Below, one piece after another: positions 36,212 through 50,127 of a stretch of 64,000 nt of DNA. Under the pieces are notes generated by a model that saw only the letters and a program-made list of their open reading frames with translations, had not been told where the DNA came from and did no database searches. Made by a program: the position numbers and the translations under genes. How positions within the stretch are numbered: position 1 is the first letter of the stretch; each line of letters starts with the position of its first letter. Source of the DNA: Eledone cirrhosa (taxonomy: Eukaryota); NCBI GenBank assembly GCA_964016885.1, contig OZ024745.1:83266001-83330000 (forward strand), in the 5' to 3' direction.

Positions 36212-36472
36212 TAATAATAATAATAACAGCAACAATATTAATAATAATCATTAATATATAAGTAAAATAAATAATTAAACGTATATGATAATGTCCCAAT
36301 AAAATAACGTCTCACATCACGCAAGTCACAGAGATACACTAAAATAAGAAGAGTAACAATGAACTAGTCTTTCTAATCAAACAAATCTGATGCATAACAT
36401 TAACAGAGTCTATACTCCTTCCTTCAACTCCAAATTAATAAGAACGCAACACACGAACACGGAGTATGTATG

Positions 36473-36552
<80 letters not shown>

Positions 36553-36559
36553 CATATAT

Positions 36560-37010
36560 AACTTTGAATAACTTTGAAATGTTTTGGCCAGTATTGGCCC
36601 AGGCCATGTCTAACTTAATAGCACCACCTGGCGAAGTCTTTCAATTCAGGATTTGGGCACCATGGCCCATTCGAGAAGAGAATTACTGTTTGCGGAGACA
36701 TATCCGGGTGTGGGTGGTTTGTCCGGGATTACTTGGAGGAATTTGTCCAAAGACTTCTTGAATTTTGTGTGGTCAGTTTCTGTTTTGACGTGTCCTGGTG
36801 TGATGTTGAAGAGAGCAGGGCCGATTGAGGTGAAATAATTGTGCCATATTGTTGTTATGAGTTGCGATTTAGATTTTTGAATGGGACGGATAGCACGGGG
36901 CCCAAGCCTTGGGTGTATCTTGAAGGCGATGCCAACATCATTTGGGCAGTGATGATGGAACATTTTCCACATCATGCAGATAATATAACGCTCACGGCGA
37001 CGTTGGAGTG
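36560..37010 (-). mobile_element. CR1/L2-group LINE 3' fragment between (TA)n tracts
   Basis: ORF 36646-36975 (GPALFNITP..FKKSLDKFLQVIPDKPPTPGY..NSL) resembles CR1-group ORF2 C-termini. Confidence 0.6.
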
Positions 37011-37056
37011 AGTAAGCGACGTTGGAGTGAGTATATATATATATACATATATATAC

Positions 37057-37111
<55 letters not shown>

Positions 37112-37137
37112 TATATTTATTTATTTATATATATATA

Positions 37138-37194
<57 letters not shown>

Positions 37195-37255
37195 CTGGAA
37201 CACTGGAAGGTAATATCCGTAGTGGTAGAGCACGCAGTCCAAGGGACGAGTTAGG

Positions 37256-37400
37256 TAGAAGTGATTACACAACAGTTAGTTCACCATACCGAGAACAATT
37301 ACAATTGTTTCACCTTTGCGGATCTTCAGCTCGAGATCCCGAGCAAAGGTGAAACAATTGTTCTCGGTATGGTGAACTAACTGTTGTGTAATCTCTTCTA
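37256..37400. repeat. Foldback with ~60-bp arms built from a hammerhead-containing unit
   Basis: TAGAAGTGATTACACAACAG...TTTCACCTTTGC pairs with GCAAAGGTGAAA...CTGTTGTGTAATCTCTTCTA. Minus strand reads CTGAAGA-TCCGCAAAGGT-GAAA-CAATTG. Confidence 0.75.
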
Positions 37401-37409
37401 TATATATAT

Positions 37410-37469
<60 letters not shown>

Positions 37470-38796
37470 TAAAATAACAGATTAATGTTTAAGCAATGAA
37501 TCGAGCCCTCTTTGGATTTTATATATATATATATATGGTTTTATATATATATATATATATATAACAATTCTGTATTATTCTTCATTATTTAAAATCTTTG
37601 AACATGACACGGTGCAAAATAATATAATATCATATCGGTTTTATTATCCGAGAACAGCAACAAAAGATGAATAACATGCCTTCTAGCCTCAACTCCCAAA
37701 TAAATGTTCTAAAACAAAACATCAATATGTCTACGAAAACCATAGTTATAAGGTTACTTAAAAAAAAACTACTAGACAAAATAGACAACTTTATATGGAG
37801 AATACATTGAGTAACATATATTTTAACACTAAGCTAACGGTTCAAAAAATATATATTTACTTGTATTTATTATATCAGATCTTACATCATTTACAAGAAA
37901 TATCTGATGAAATTTCTTTAATTACTCTAAAATTTATAATACAGAAAAAAACATTAATGTATTTCAAACTGAACAAACAGTACGTGACACATTAGCACAG
38001 TACCGCATATTATATAAATACAATCTAACAAGACAATAACTTATATGTCATTGTCAAGTAATTTTACCGACAACACATTGCAGATGTTCTCAGTAACAGG
38101 AAGAGCATTAGAACAAAATACATTTATCAAAATAAACAATCATCTTCTGAAAATAACGTATGAAGTGAGAATTACTGACTGAAAGGAACCCGTCATTATA
38201 AAATCACGAATGACCACATGTCAACCGTGAAATGGAAAACATCTGTATGTCTAATAAACTCCAAATAGACATTGATTAACTATTCTACAGCTTAAAATAT
38301 ATTTATATCTGAAGCAAACTCTAAACGTAACGCTTCAGAACAATACTAGTATCAATAGAATTGTTTAAATGTATCCCTAAAAAGGAAAGGTGCAATTATT
38401 TTTACTTTAATCTCTTACTAAATCTTTACTTTTGGATGCAAAAGACTATGCTAAAACTATTACTGGCATAAAAGAGAAAGTAAATGAAACATTGAAGCTA
38501 ATTCGAGAAGTGTCTTCTAATCCAATAATTCAACGTGTATCAAAACACCATTCCCAACTACAATTGATGGTATGGGCTCACTCAATTCAGACGGGATTAA
38601 TCAAAATTCCACTTGATAGAAGAAAGTCTTTATTTAGATAAATACCTCCTATTTCTAAACATTTTTAAGCAATTGTATGTAAATTAAATGTAAATTAAAT
38701 GTAAAATATATGCATTCGTTCTTTCAATATTAGGAATTTAAATAGCAAACACAATGTTACTGTTACAAATTTCGTACAAAAGCATTATTTCATCCA

Positions 38797-38935
38797 AATC
38801 CCGCCGAGGTTAGCTTTGCTTTTCATCCTTACGGGGTCGATAACATAAAGCACTGGTAATGACTTGAAGTCGATTTAATCCACTTTCCCCTCCCCTAAAC
38901 TTGTTGGCATTGAGACTAAATCATAAACTATTATT
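38797..38935 (+). mobile_element. 5'-truncated SINE, same superfamily, older
   Basis: Core TTTCATCCTTACGGGGTCGATAA. Flanking direct repeat ATTATTT(T)CATCCAA. Confidence 0.75.
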
Positions 38936-39593
38936 TTCATCCAATACAAACAAATGAGATACTTAAATATACGAATAAACTATCTAATTACGTAATTAAA
39001 AATTATCATAAATATTAGAGCCGTAACGCATACACAGAGACTCTAATCATTCTACCATGTAAGAAATATTTAATGAATAGGTTACCTATTATAATAATGC
39101 TTTGTGCAAAAAAAATTTATTTAAAAAAACTTACAATATATCGATTCACAATAAAAACAAGTTAATAAAACAAATTAATAATGACTTTAATATGGCAGTT
39201 CAAGCATCAATCATAATATTCTTTCCTTGGCAAGGAAACATTTTTCACATACCTATACACCACTTATATTTCAATATTTTAACTAAAACACTATCAAACG
39301 ATCACATTCTACAATTATGATATTTTGCAATATCTTTCTTCTTGAAATAAATATAAAATCCCCCATTAAATGAAACTATATTAACTGGAGCCACAGAAGC
39401 ACTAATACGTGCCAAATATAATTAGAATCTATCTTTCTGGCACCTATAAAATCACAATGTAAATGTATAATACTATATATATATATACACATGTATCACA
39501 CAAACACACTCACTCCTCGCTTATATATATATATATATAAATACATTATCGGAGAAAGCTAATAGCGATACTCCAGCCAAATCCCAACTCACT

Positions 39594-39650
<57 letters not shown>

Positions 39651-40069
39651 GGGAGAGAGAGTGTCGCAGAATATATATTCAAAATATATTACCATAAACG
39701 TGCGATCACCTTCCTTACACCAATAGACGAAATGACACCTCATGTACATAAACGAAACAAAAAACAAAACAATTACGACGTGAATAGGAATATGATAGTG
39801 AAAACTAAACCATATAATAGAACCTAAGTCATTCTATACACACACCTATAATGCAAATATATGGTGAAAAATTGTTCAATTTCGTATATAAATAGTAAAC
39901 CATTTTTAATGTTAAGCTTTTATTGTATGCTGATAAACATAGCAATATTCTTTTACATTTTACAACATATTCTTTTTGTGAAATCGTATGTTGAAAGAAA
40001 TGCTGGAAAACATTGGGTCATGCTGTCAATAAAAGACATACGCTCTTCGGTTTTATTATTAATCAGATA

Positions 40070-40200
40070 AACGGCTGAATTTGCAGGTATGTTAGTGTGT
40101 CGGATGAAATATATCACAGTATTTCCTTACAGGTTCAAACCTAATAGTTCAACTTTGTCTTTCATCCTTCCCAGGTCGATAAAAATAATTTATCAGTCGC
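40070..40200 (+). mobile_element. Degenerate SINE copy
   Basis: GGTTCAAAC B-box-like motif and CTTTCATCCTTCCCAGGTCGATAAAA core. Confidence 0.55.
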
Positions 40201-41999
40201 GTATATAAGGTGACGAGAAACAGAATTTATTTCTAACATTGATACTGCTAGTGTAAATGAATTGGCGCCAGGATTGACCGTTTACAACATAGCATTAGTG
40301 CACTAGTACGTGAGGAATATAGAGACAGAAAAGACTGGAAGAATCAGCCTAAAATTTGGATATATAGCTAGATATTTGAAGTGTACCTAAACGTTCTCTA
40401 GAGGCATAAGTATATCTATATTTTCGACATTCAGATTCAATATTATACATTTAAACCGGACGAAACCAATTTTTCTTTGTGCGTAAATCTACCGAGAATT
40501 GCGGTTACTTTTTGTTAATCCTAGATATTATACATAGTGCTATAGTACTATTTGATCACTATGTTGCCTTATTTTATCTGCATTATTTACAAGAGAAACT
40601 CATTCCCAACAACTATCAATGTGATTTATTTTCCTCTGTTTTATTTTTACTGTATACGGCGATGGGCGTTTTTTTCTGGATAAAGTATTTATATAAAAAT
40701 TATAGTGACAACTGCATTTCATCTAGAACATTTTTGAATATAAAAAGTCCTGATATTCTAAACTAAAGTGCTTTCTCAGTCCCTGCAGTAATTCTTGTGA
40801 TTGCTCATAGTGTATTCTTTCTACATAGATGTTAATGTTTTGAACATAGATAGTTCTCGGTTCTCCTCAACTGCTAAACTAGCTAAGGTATGAGAACATT
40901 TATATTGATATTAGGCAAGGGTGTTCTCCATGTCACTACGAATTTAGAAATATGTAAAATCAGTGTCTTCTCTATCGACAAATCACTCAGCATTAGATTT
41001 CTCAAGTGGCTTTTACAGTATTATTGGGTTGCGTGATAAAGAATGGATCTACATGATATCCCCAACAAAATATTCTACTCAGAATTCCTAGTTGGTTTGA
41101 AAATGCTTTAAGAACAGGAATATATATCGAAATGAATTTGCATGGAAATTGATTCCATGCTGCAATTGTTTCTAGTATTATAAGCATTACCATAAAACTA
41201 TAATTATCATAGAAATATTTTTTAAGTTTTAGGAAAAGATGAAAATAACTGCTCAAAACAACAAGTTTAGGGGAGGGGAATGTGGATTAAATAAAAAAAA
41301 AAAAAAGCATATCAACAATATACTAAGAAGTTTATATTTATGTCTACTGAATTTATTGGGGTTTTTTTCACTTTATTAGTCTAGATGCCTAATAAATATT
41401 TTACACTTGGTTTAAAAAGTAACTTGAAAGGATGTATTATATAAATTGGTTTACTTTGATCAACTTCTAAACGAAGAGCAAAAAACATTATAGCCATGTG
41501 GGAAGAAAAATGACATTGATCAAATGTAGAAGTTGGCGCATCGAAAGTATATAAAACACCACTCATAAACCAATAGAATTCAACGTAAAATGATCCCAGT
41601 GAGTATATCCTAGTTTTAATAGAATAAAATGTTATCCGAATCATATTTCCGAGTAGGAAAACTGAAGTAACCGTAGTATTTGATCAGCTTGCATGGGATA
41701 AATTACATATATCAAGCTTTTCGTGTTTTTATGTTATTTTATTTTTTACATTATTTAGTTGTAGACGAGAGAATGATAAGATTAACAGAAGTGAATACGT
41801 GGAGTGTATTGGCATGCATTAAATTTTGAATTCATTAGAGAAATATGAAAATGCGTTCAAAGGTTTATTTGTTTTTTAGGAATGGAATAGGGAGGAGAAA
41901 AATTGAGGAGACTAATGTAAAGAATTAATTAGAAAATACTGCTACATAACAGAACATTGAGTTTTATGTGCTCCCTCTGAGCTATATAGAAAAAGTTAT

Positions 42000-43330
42000 T
42001 CAACAATCTCAGTAGCACAGTGACTGTGTGAATGTATTTTTTTGTTGTGTTTTTGATTCTGTGTGCTTCAGTTGTTCTTGTGCATGTTTCCTATTTTGTT
42101 GTAGGGAGTGGTAGTTGTGGTGGTAGTGGGGGTTGTGTTGTTGGTGGTGATGTTACTTGTGATGTGTTGATGGTGGTCATAATGGTGGATCGTGGCTTTA
42201 GTGGTAGAGATAGTTGTGAGGGTGTTTGTGGTAAGGTAGTTGTAGTGGTGAAGGTGCCAATGTTGGTGGTGGTAGTGTAGTTAGCTTTGCTGCAGATGTG
42301 TCTGTGCTTGGTGTTTACTTAGTGTTTGTTTGGGTGAAAAACAGTTTAGTAAACATTTCTTGTGACTTTTTGTCTGATTTCAAGGAGAGACCTCCAGCTC
42401 CTTCTGTGTTGGAGAAATCAGACTCGGTTGAAGGTAGGGGTGTATTTGTCAGTGCATTTATATGGGTATTTCAGTATGGAAGAGGATGAGAGAAGGGGAG
42501 TTAGAAAGCTTTGTTGGGAGACTTCTTGCGTGGGAGGTTTGAAAATGAATTTCGCAACTGTTGTTGTTTTTCACGTTGATGGTGGTCTAGCTACGATTAT
42601 TGGCTTTAGTGGTTTCTGCAGTTGTTGGTACTATTTCCTGTTGATTGGGGCCGGTTCTATCGCTATTATTCGTATTGGTACTCCTATCGTCGCTTTGCTG
42701 TCGTTGATTTTATTGTAGTTTTTGCAATCGTTTGTGGTTGTTGGGACTGCGTTTTTGACAGTATCTGTAATATATTCTCTTCCCTATTTCTGTTTTATAC
42801 GGGAGGTATGTAGGTGATTTGTGACCTCACATAAATGGCATTTAGGCATTCTGAAACATTCTGCGATCCACCCCAACCTGCAGACCACCCCTCTAGGAAG
42901 CTGTATAGGGTATGGAATTCTTTTAGGTTTTCTGACTTCACCTGAAGCAGAATCTCTAGGCTCATTCCAAATCAGTTCTCTTGTTTAGATTATAACACAT
43001 TCAGCAGTGTGGTGGCCTCTCTGAGGATAACACAAACCCAGATACATCAAACATGAACAATTGGTGGGACACTTGTTACTCTTACGGTGATTGTTCTCGA
43101 GAGGTATATAGGGAAGCGAAAAAACTCCTCGTTCTGTCGGGGAACAACGATGTTTTATTTGAAGAGTACCTCTTCGATGACAAATCGCCTTCCTCTTGCT
43201 ACGTACTTTTGCTGAAAATCTTATGGCACCGATGCTTAAAGGGGAGGTGCTTTCTTATTATCGTCCCCCAAAACACCATCTGTCTATTAGAAACACATTT
43301 AACAGAACAACTTGACACACTTGCTTCTGC
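42000..43330 (-). pseudogene. Ancient Tx1-type ORF1 relic
   Basis: Minus strand encodes GMSLEILLQVK (compare GMDLEILLQMK of copy 2) and MPKCHLCEVTNHL (knuckle remnant), followed by a Pro/Thr-rich tract. Confidence 0.6.
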
Positions 43331-43592
43331 TTAATGTTAAATGTATTTACTGATTTTCTCTCATTTTATTTGTCATCATCATGGTATTCACCATCTCAAC
43401 TGTTTCCGATCATCATCAGCCATCTATTCATTAAACATTAATATAGCTGACCCCCAAACTCCCCATCTGGGTCGGTTTATTTTATTTTTATATTAATTGG
43501 TATCCATTCTCTTATCTATTTAATTTATTTTATGTATCATCATCTTTTAATCATTATCATCATTTTATTCGCAATCACTATCTACTGTTTCT

Positions 43593-43593
43593 T

Positions 43594-43631
<38 letters not shown>

Positions 43632-43667
43632 AATCACCATAATCATCATCACCATCATCATCATCAT
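43593..43667. repeat. (CAT)n microsatellite
   Basis: Directly visible, imperfect. Confidence 0.95.
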
Positions 43668-45186
43668 AAGCACCATCAGTTCATTAGAAGTTTCTTCAGT
43701 CGATCATTATATTTATTTTCTATTATTTGTTATCTACCCATCCATTTGATTCATTGTGCTTATCGTTATCATCACCATCATCTTATATACTATTGTCACA
43801 TGTACCATCAATTCACTAGAAACTTCTTTAGCCAACCATTATATTTAATCTTTTTTTATATTTTGTTATTAATTCAGTTACAATTATTTCTAGCTGCAAA
43901 TCTTTGCCATTTATCAGCTCTCCGTCTCAAAACTTTATTCTAGATTTTTCCCTCAAACTAAACCACCATTTCTCCACCCTCTTCTCTTTACTTTCTCCCT
44001 CTTTTTTCTGCCTTCATTTTTCTTCTTTTTCTCTTTTCTTTCTCACATCTTTCTCTACTTTTTCTCCCCTTTAGACTTTTTCAATATTTGTTCTTATGTT
44101 TTTCTCCTCCCTGATATTCTCTCTACTACTGTTGTCAGCTTCTCTAAAGGCCACCCTCCTCACATATCTATTCAATCTATTTCAACTATCCCTCCGCTGC
44201 TGTCACTCTCTCACTGAAAATTTAGTTTGCTTTATGTTCCTGTGTGTACACAAGTGAAACAAGTCTCTTCACTTAGCCATAATAAAAATCTATAGACATA
44301 TATCAGTGTGTGTGCGCGCGCATGGGTGTTAGCGTGCGTATGACAAATGTAATTGACATTGATAGCCAGGCTGAGGTGCAGATAAATATATCACGTGTGT
44401 TAATTAGTTTCTCAAGTGAGATATTCTATATTTCTGAAATAATACAATATATATAATAAATAATACAATATATATAATAAATATTTCCATTCAGATTTCC
44501 CCTACATTTTGAATCATTTCCCATAGTAGTGTTAAAAACACGCTGTTTGTATAGTCCTGTAAAAATGGAAATCCTGAATGAATTCAACATTTTATCAGTG
44601 CTGTAAGTTTATAGACATATCGGTGCTACAAAAGAAAAATAATTGATGAACTTGAAGTTGTATATAAGAAACCTAAATGAATTTCCATCAATGAACGGGA
44701 ACAAAAATTAAATATCACTATATGTAGTTGCAGGCCTTAAACTTGAACGAAGTTGTTGAACAAAAAATTAAATACTCTACTATCATCCATTCCTGAACTT
44801 GCTATCGATCTGTATATCTTTCCTTTAATCTATTGTGTTTCTTCTCTTCTCGTTTTATTGACTCTTCGTTCTTTTTCAATTGATCTTTATCGCCAGATGG
44901 AGATATCACTTTCGTTTAGCTCGGAGCCATTTATATATTCAACTGTAATCATTCTCAATCAATGATTATAGCTTTTTTACTTAGAACATTAAAATCATCT
45001 TGAAAGTTTATATCCCGCAGAGGGTTCTGAAATGACTGGACGGTACAATAGCTGCCGGAACATAAGACAGTATTTAGTTTCCCACTTCCGTTTTCCGAGT
45101 TCAAGAATTTTACTGGGTCTTTCATTCATTTATCTATTCCAAATATTATTGTTTAAATCTAATGTTGCTTACATCTTCACACATGT

Positions 45187-45410
45187 AAAGGTGGTAAATT
45201 GGCAGTATCGGTTGAACATCGGACACCAAGTTTTGTGGCATATAGTTATGTCCATTTACGTTCTGAGTTCACATCTCGCAGAGATTAGATTCGCCTTTCA
45301 TCCTTATGGGGTCGATAAAATAAAGCACATATAATTCGGTGGGGCGGCGATTTAATCGACTTTCGCCTCCCCTCAAAATTGTTGGATTTGTGAATAAATC
45401 AGAAACCATT
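45187..45410 (+). mobile_element. Full-length SINE with 14-bp target-site duplication
   Basis: A-box-like TGGCAGTATCGG, B-box-like GAGTTCACATCT and the core. TSD ATCTTCACACATGT at 45173-45186 and 45411-45424. Confidence 0.85.
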
Positions 45411-47209
45411 ATCTTCACACATGTGTATTTAATTTACACATTTGAATTTATAAATCGTCAGATTGTTTGTCTGGAGAATTGTGGTAATCTTTCAAGAAAA
45501 ATATCGCGACGCAAGTTCTGTCCCTTGTTAACCAATTTAATTACATAGGTTTTTGAATCGTGAATCTTCGTTCACAATCAATTTCTTATAGAGCGGCCCT
45601 ACCGTGTTATTGAATCACTACATGAAATTGTTACTGTTGTTATTTACTCACAGATCAGAGCAGAGGGAGAACACCCCGCGATTAAAACCGATTTCAAACA
45701 TGATCATACCATCTTATCTCTTCAAATAATGTATCCCGAAGAACATAGCATAGGTTGTTGTTTTAGAAGACGGTGTAGTTTGTATTGAGCGAGATATTTC
45801 GGTGCTAGTTCTAGGAATTATTGTAACTGCGAAGAAGGTCTATCGCTGGCAATATTTTCTCTCAGAAGAGAGGTTAAGCCCATTGTGCCAGATACCGCTT
45901 CTCTGCACTGCTTACGAAATTAACCTAAATTGCTGGAAGTATTTTGCCAGTATAGACCATCAAACACATTTCTAGGATACTATCTTTTAGAAACTAAGTA
46001 GTATTTTTAATTTTACATGTCCACTTTTATGTTTCAGCTGACTAATCTTCTATTGGGGAAATTGGAATCGAAAATTGACACTTGACATTGTCGCTTATGA
46101 TATAAATGGAATTTAATAACGCCAGCATTCAGGATACACAGAATTTAATTATGCTCATGTATCTCAATGTATCTAGTGTTTGTATGGCTTTGTCAAAATA
46201 GAAGTGTGGCGCCCTGATATTTGTGTAGGGCCTCCGAACAATTGTAAGTGATTAGATTTTGTTAGCGAAACACAGCAACCAAATAATCGTGTTTAATCTT
46301 GTGATATATTACGTCTACTGTGGAAGAGCAGGTACATTTCAGTCGATTGCTTTCGGCACATTTTCTCGAGGCTATGGTATACATATTTACCTAGTATGAA
46401 GCCTAGTAGAATTGAAGCTTGTGTCATATGATTGTGACAATACGTTTCTAACTATACATTTTATTCATTACTGGGCGAACCAAATATCTCCCGTTCTAAT
46501 AAAGTAATTCATAATTTCTATTCGTCCGTTGCCAACGAATTTGCAAAACGCTAGATCTATTAGATTCCACAATACGATGCGCTAAATGCTTTCCACGATT
46601 TATATGATTAATTAAAAAAAGAAGAAACACAAAAACTCTCTTATTTCACCGATTAGTTTCAAACATTTATCCTCAGCGTATTTTTAACTTACTGAATATG
46701 TCAATATCATTTACTTAATAAAGTGTCCTTTTCAGAGCCCGGGTATATTCATTGCCAATAATACGCATTGTATACGGTAACACTAAAGCACCATAATACA
46801 TCTAGCCGTTTGAGCTATACAATTAAGTATTTAAATTGATAAATCTATCGTATATTGTCTCTGTTTAGCTCTACGTCGAATCTTATGGAGCCGACCCATG
46901 ATGAAACCTTTCCAAGATGATGTTCTTCCCTGATTAAGTCAACTGTGTGAGATTTCGAGAACACTTGACGAAAAATCTAGTTGAGACACACTATAAGACA
47001 ATAAATGGCTTTCCACAAATCAAGTTGCAGCATGCACTATGGTTAGATATAAGAGTAATTTATTTAAAATTAATGTTAATTTTCTAAAATCAATATTACA
47101 CAAGATAATTATTTCTGTTTGACAAAGATGATGCGAATAGTTTAATCAAAACTTGAAAATCGTTACCACTTATACATCTGTATACCATTGTTTTATCATG
47201 TCTGAGTGT

Positions 47210-47362
47210 GCGGTGAATTGAGAGAGTCAATAAAACCTTGGACAAAATACTCGGCGGTATTCGTTTCGGCTCTCTGCTCTGAATTCAAATCCAACCGAGG
47301 TCAACTTCGCCTTTCATCCTTCTGAGGTCGATAAAAAGGTACCAATCCAGCACTAAGGTCAA
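47210..47362 (+). mobile_element. Degenerate SINE copy
   Basis: GAATTCAAATCC and GCCTTTCATCCTTCTGAGGTCGATAAAAAGGTACC. Confidence 0.7.
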
Positions 47363-47924
47363 TTCTTCCTCTATATCTCTTTCTCACTTTCCCCCATCAC
47401 TCTCTGTACATCTCTGGAAGAAATCATCTGAGTTCAGATCTGGAGAGGAATGAGATTCGCCAAGCATAAAAGATGCCCGAGTAACGCCGTATGTCAGTAC
47501 AACACCTTTACAACGCCACCAGGCGTTATGAGTTAAAAGAAAAAAAGAAAAGTTGCCAAATTATTCATTTTAATGTAAAATATACTGTATGTTTTATTAT
47601 ATTAGTCGTGTTAGTATAACTACTAAAACCAAGATAACTTTATGTTTGTTGCAAAGAAAATGTGGCATTATCTGGGAACCATGGAAACTAGAGCACTATA
47701 ATAAGCAGAGATAACAAGAAATCGATAGTTAAGGATACGTCTCAGGTCACGGAAATTTAAGATATGTGAGCACGATTTTTATCGTATATGTATAACATAA
47801 ATGTTGTTTTATAAAAAAAATCTATTTTATGTATATATAACATAGATGTCTGTTTCATAAAACAAAAATGAGAAAGCATCGCGTGTAAAAGAAATGAATA
47901 AAGAGTATTATAATATATATATAT

Positions 47925-48203
47925 CTATCTATCTAAGGCGGGTAAAATTCCCGAGATCCATGGACGAGTTCTCTCCAGCGGTCTCTGTCCCTCATTATCG
48001 CTGCCATATCCTGCATCTCCAACAGACCAGTGTCTGTCCTTAGGGCATCAACATACGTTAACCTTGGTCTTCCTCTTCTAGTGCGTCCATGTAGGGGCTC
48101 CCAAAGGAGTACTGAGTGCAATGTCAACTCTGGATGTCGGTGAGCATGTCCAGCTAACCTCAGTCTCCTCTGTGTCACTTTTGAGCTGACTTTTGGGATG
48201 CTC

Positions 48204-48205
<2 letters not shown>
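47925..48205 (-). mobile_element. RTE-clade LINE 3' fragment in (TA)n
   Basis: ORF 47933-48178 RRLRLAGHAHRHPE..LLWEP.HGRTRRGRPRLTYVD..DRDRWR is a typical RTE C-terminus. Confidence 0.8.
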
Positions 48206-48255
<50 letters not shown>

Positions 48256-48400
48256 ATATATTTAAAAAAAAAAAAATATATATATATATATAGGAAAATG
48301 GCCGAAAACGCAATACCAGCTAAAAATATTACCTACTCTACTACCTTAAGTATTGAGTACTCTGGTGCGTTATAGTCCATCTAGTTCCTTACCACACTTA

Positions 48401-48995
48401 CAGCAGATAGGCAAATCAGAGAGGCAAGCGAAATAGAGCTTAGAAGGCCAAAAGCAAACAGAAAAATTGAATCGAATAACAACAACCCAAACAAACAATA
48501 CTGACTTAGGAGAAATATAAATGAATAAATAAATATATACACAAGCACAATAACAACAAACACATATAAACACACACTAGTAAACTAAGATTGAATACAA
48601 TAACCAAAACACAGTCACCCAAACTCGCGTTTGGGTGACTGTGTTTTCACACCAAACACTATACACACACGCAAACGCATGCGCAGAGAAAAAGAAAAAA
48701 AATAAACAGATAAAATAAAAATGGTGTAGACATACAATACAACAGGAGTAACATAATAGTACCACTGATGATGTTGCAGATGTGCAACGAAAGAACTTTG
48801 TTAGACTATACATATGTGTTTATATCTATATTATATCTGTATTTTTGACCGTTGGTCAGTCAATGATAAACATTGAGGACCAAATGAATTAACTGTGGCG
48901 ATATAAAAGATACAGAAGCGAAAACCAACCAAACAGTGAGTGTGTTCTGTTATTATTTCTGGCAATATTATTACAATTTGACCCTTCCCAAGTAT

Positions 48996-49000
<5 letters not shown>
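48401..49000 (+). mobile_element. Penelope-like element 3' end / pseudo-LTR, copy 1
   Basis: Diverged direct repeat of 49289-49910. Encodes ADRQIREASEIELRRPK. Confidence 0.8.
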
Positions 49001-49050
<50 letters not shown>

Positions 49051-49055
<5 letters not shown>

Positions 49056-49915
49056 CAAAACTAGAAACGTAGTCTATAGCATAATATGTACAGAGGGTAC
49101 TTGCAGAAACATGACAACAACATACATAGGCGAGACAGCTCGTAGCATAGGTGAAAGGATAGACCAACACTCGGGGGAACTAAAAGGACGAAAAAACGGT
49201 TCAGTACTATACGAACATGCCAGACAACAACACGACGGTAACATAGACAAGATAGAAATTAGAATAATATGTAAACATAGAAATGACCCAGCAGATAGAC
49301 AAATCAGAGAGGTCAGTGAAATAGAATTTAGAAGGCCAAGGCTAAACAGAAAACATGAATGGAATAACAACAACACCCAAACAAACAACACTGACCTAAG
49401 AGAAATATAAATAAATAAATAAATAGATAAATAAATAAATACATACACAAGCACAATATCAACAAACACATATAAACACACACTAGTAAAGATAGAATAC
49501 ATTAACCAATACACAGTCACCCAATCACGAACACACATCAAACAAAACACTATACACACACGCAAACGCATGCGCAAAGAAGACAAAAAAATAAACAAAT
49601 AAATAAATATATAAATAGACTAAATAAAGATGGCGTAGAAAATACAATGCAGCGGGAGGAAAGAATAGCACCACTGACGATGTTGCAGATGTGCAACGAA
49701 AGAACTTTGATAAACTATATATATGTGTTTGTGTCTATATTGTATCTGTATTTTTGACCGTTGGTCAGCCAATGGCAACATTGAGGACCGAATAAATTAA
49801 ATTAACCGATATAAAACATACAGAAGCGAAAACCAACCAGGCAGTGAGTGTGTTCTGTTATTAATTCTGGCAATATTACACAAATATGACCCTCCCCAAG
49901 TATAACAATATTTGT
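49051..49915 (+). mobile_element. Penelope-like element fragment: GIY-YIG endonuclease C-terminus (ORF 49051-49410) + pseudo-LTR
   Basis: NVVYSIIC...C...YIGETARSIGERIDQH...LYEHARQQH...RQIRE...PRLN matches PLE GIY-YIG with CCHH. Hammerhead-like motif at 49666-49720. Confidence 0.88.
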
Positions 49916-49978
49916 TTCGACACACGATTTCAACACACGATTTCATATGAAAACCCTTGCAAAACTAATTCATCGCCG

Positions 49979-50025
<47 letters not shown>

Positions 50026-50127
50026 TATATGTTCCTACACGCACAAGGCGCTAAGCGACACATGTATTGTCCAACCATATGCCAATGTGGTTCAATGGCA
50101 GGTTAATAAATTAATGACCCAGAACAT

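Noticed and set aside
37500-47900. Host exons in the AT-rich stretch
   Set aside because: No recognisable protein motif or consistent exon chain. Small exons cannot be excluded without RNA-seq.
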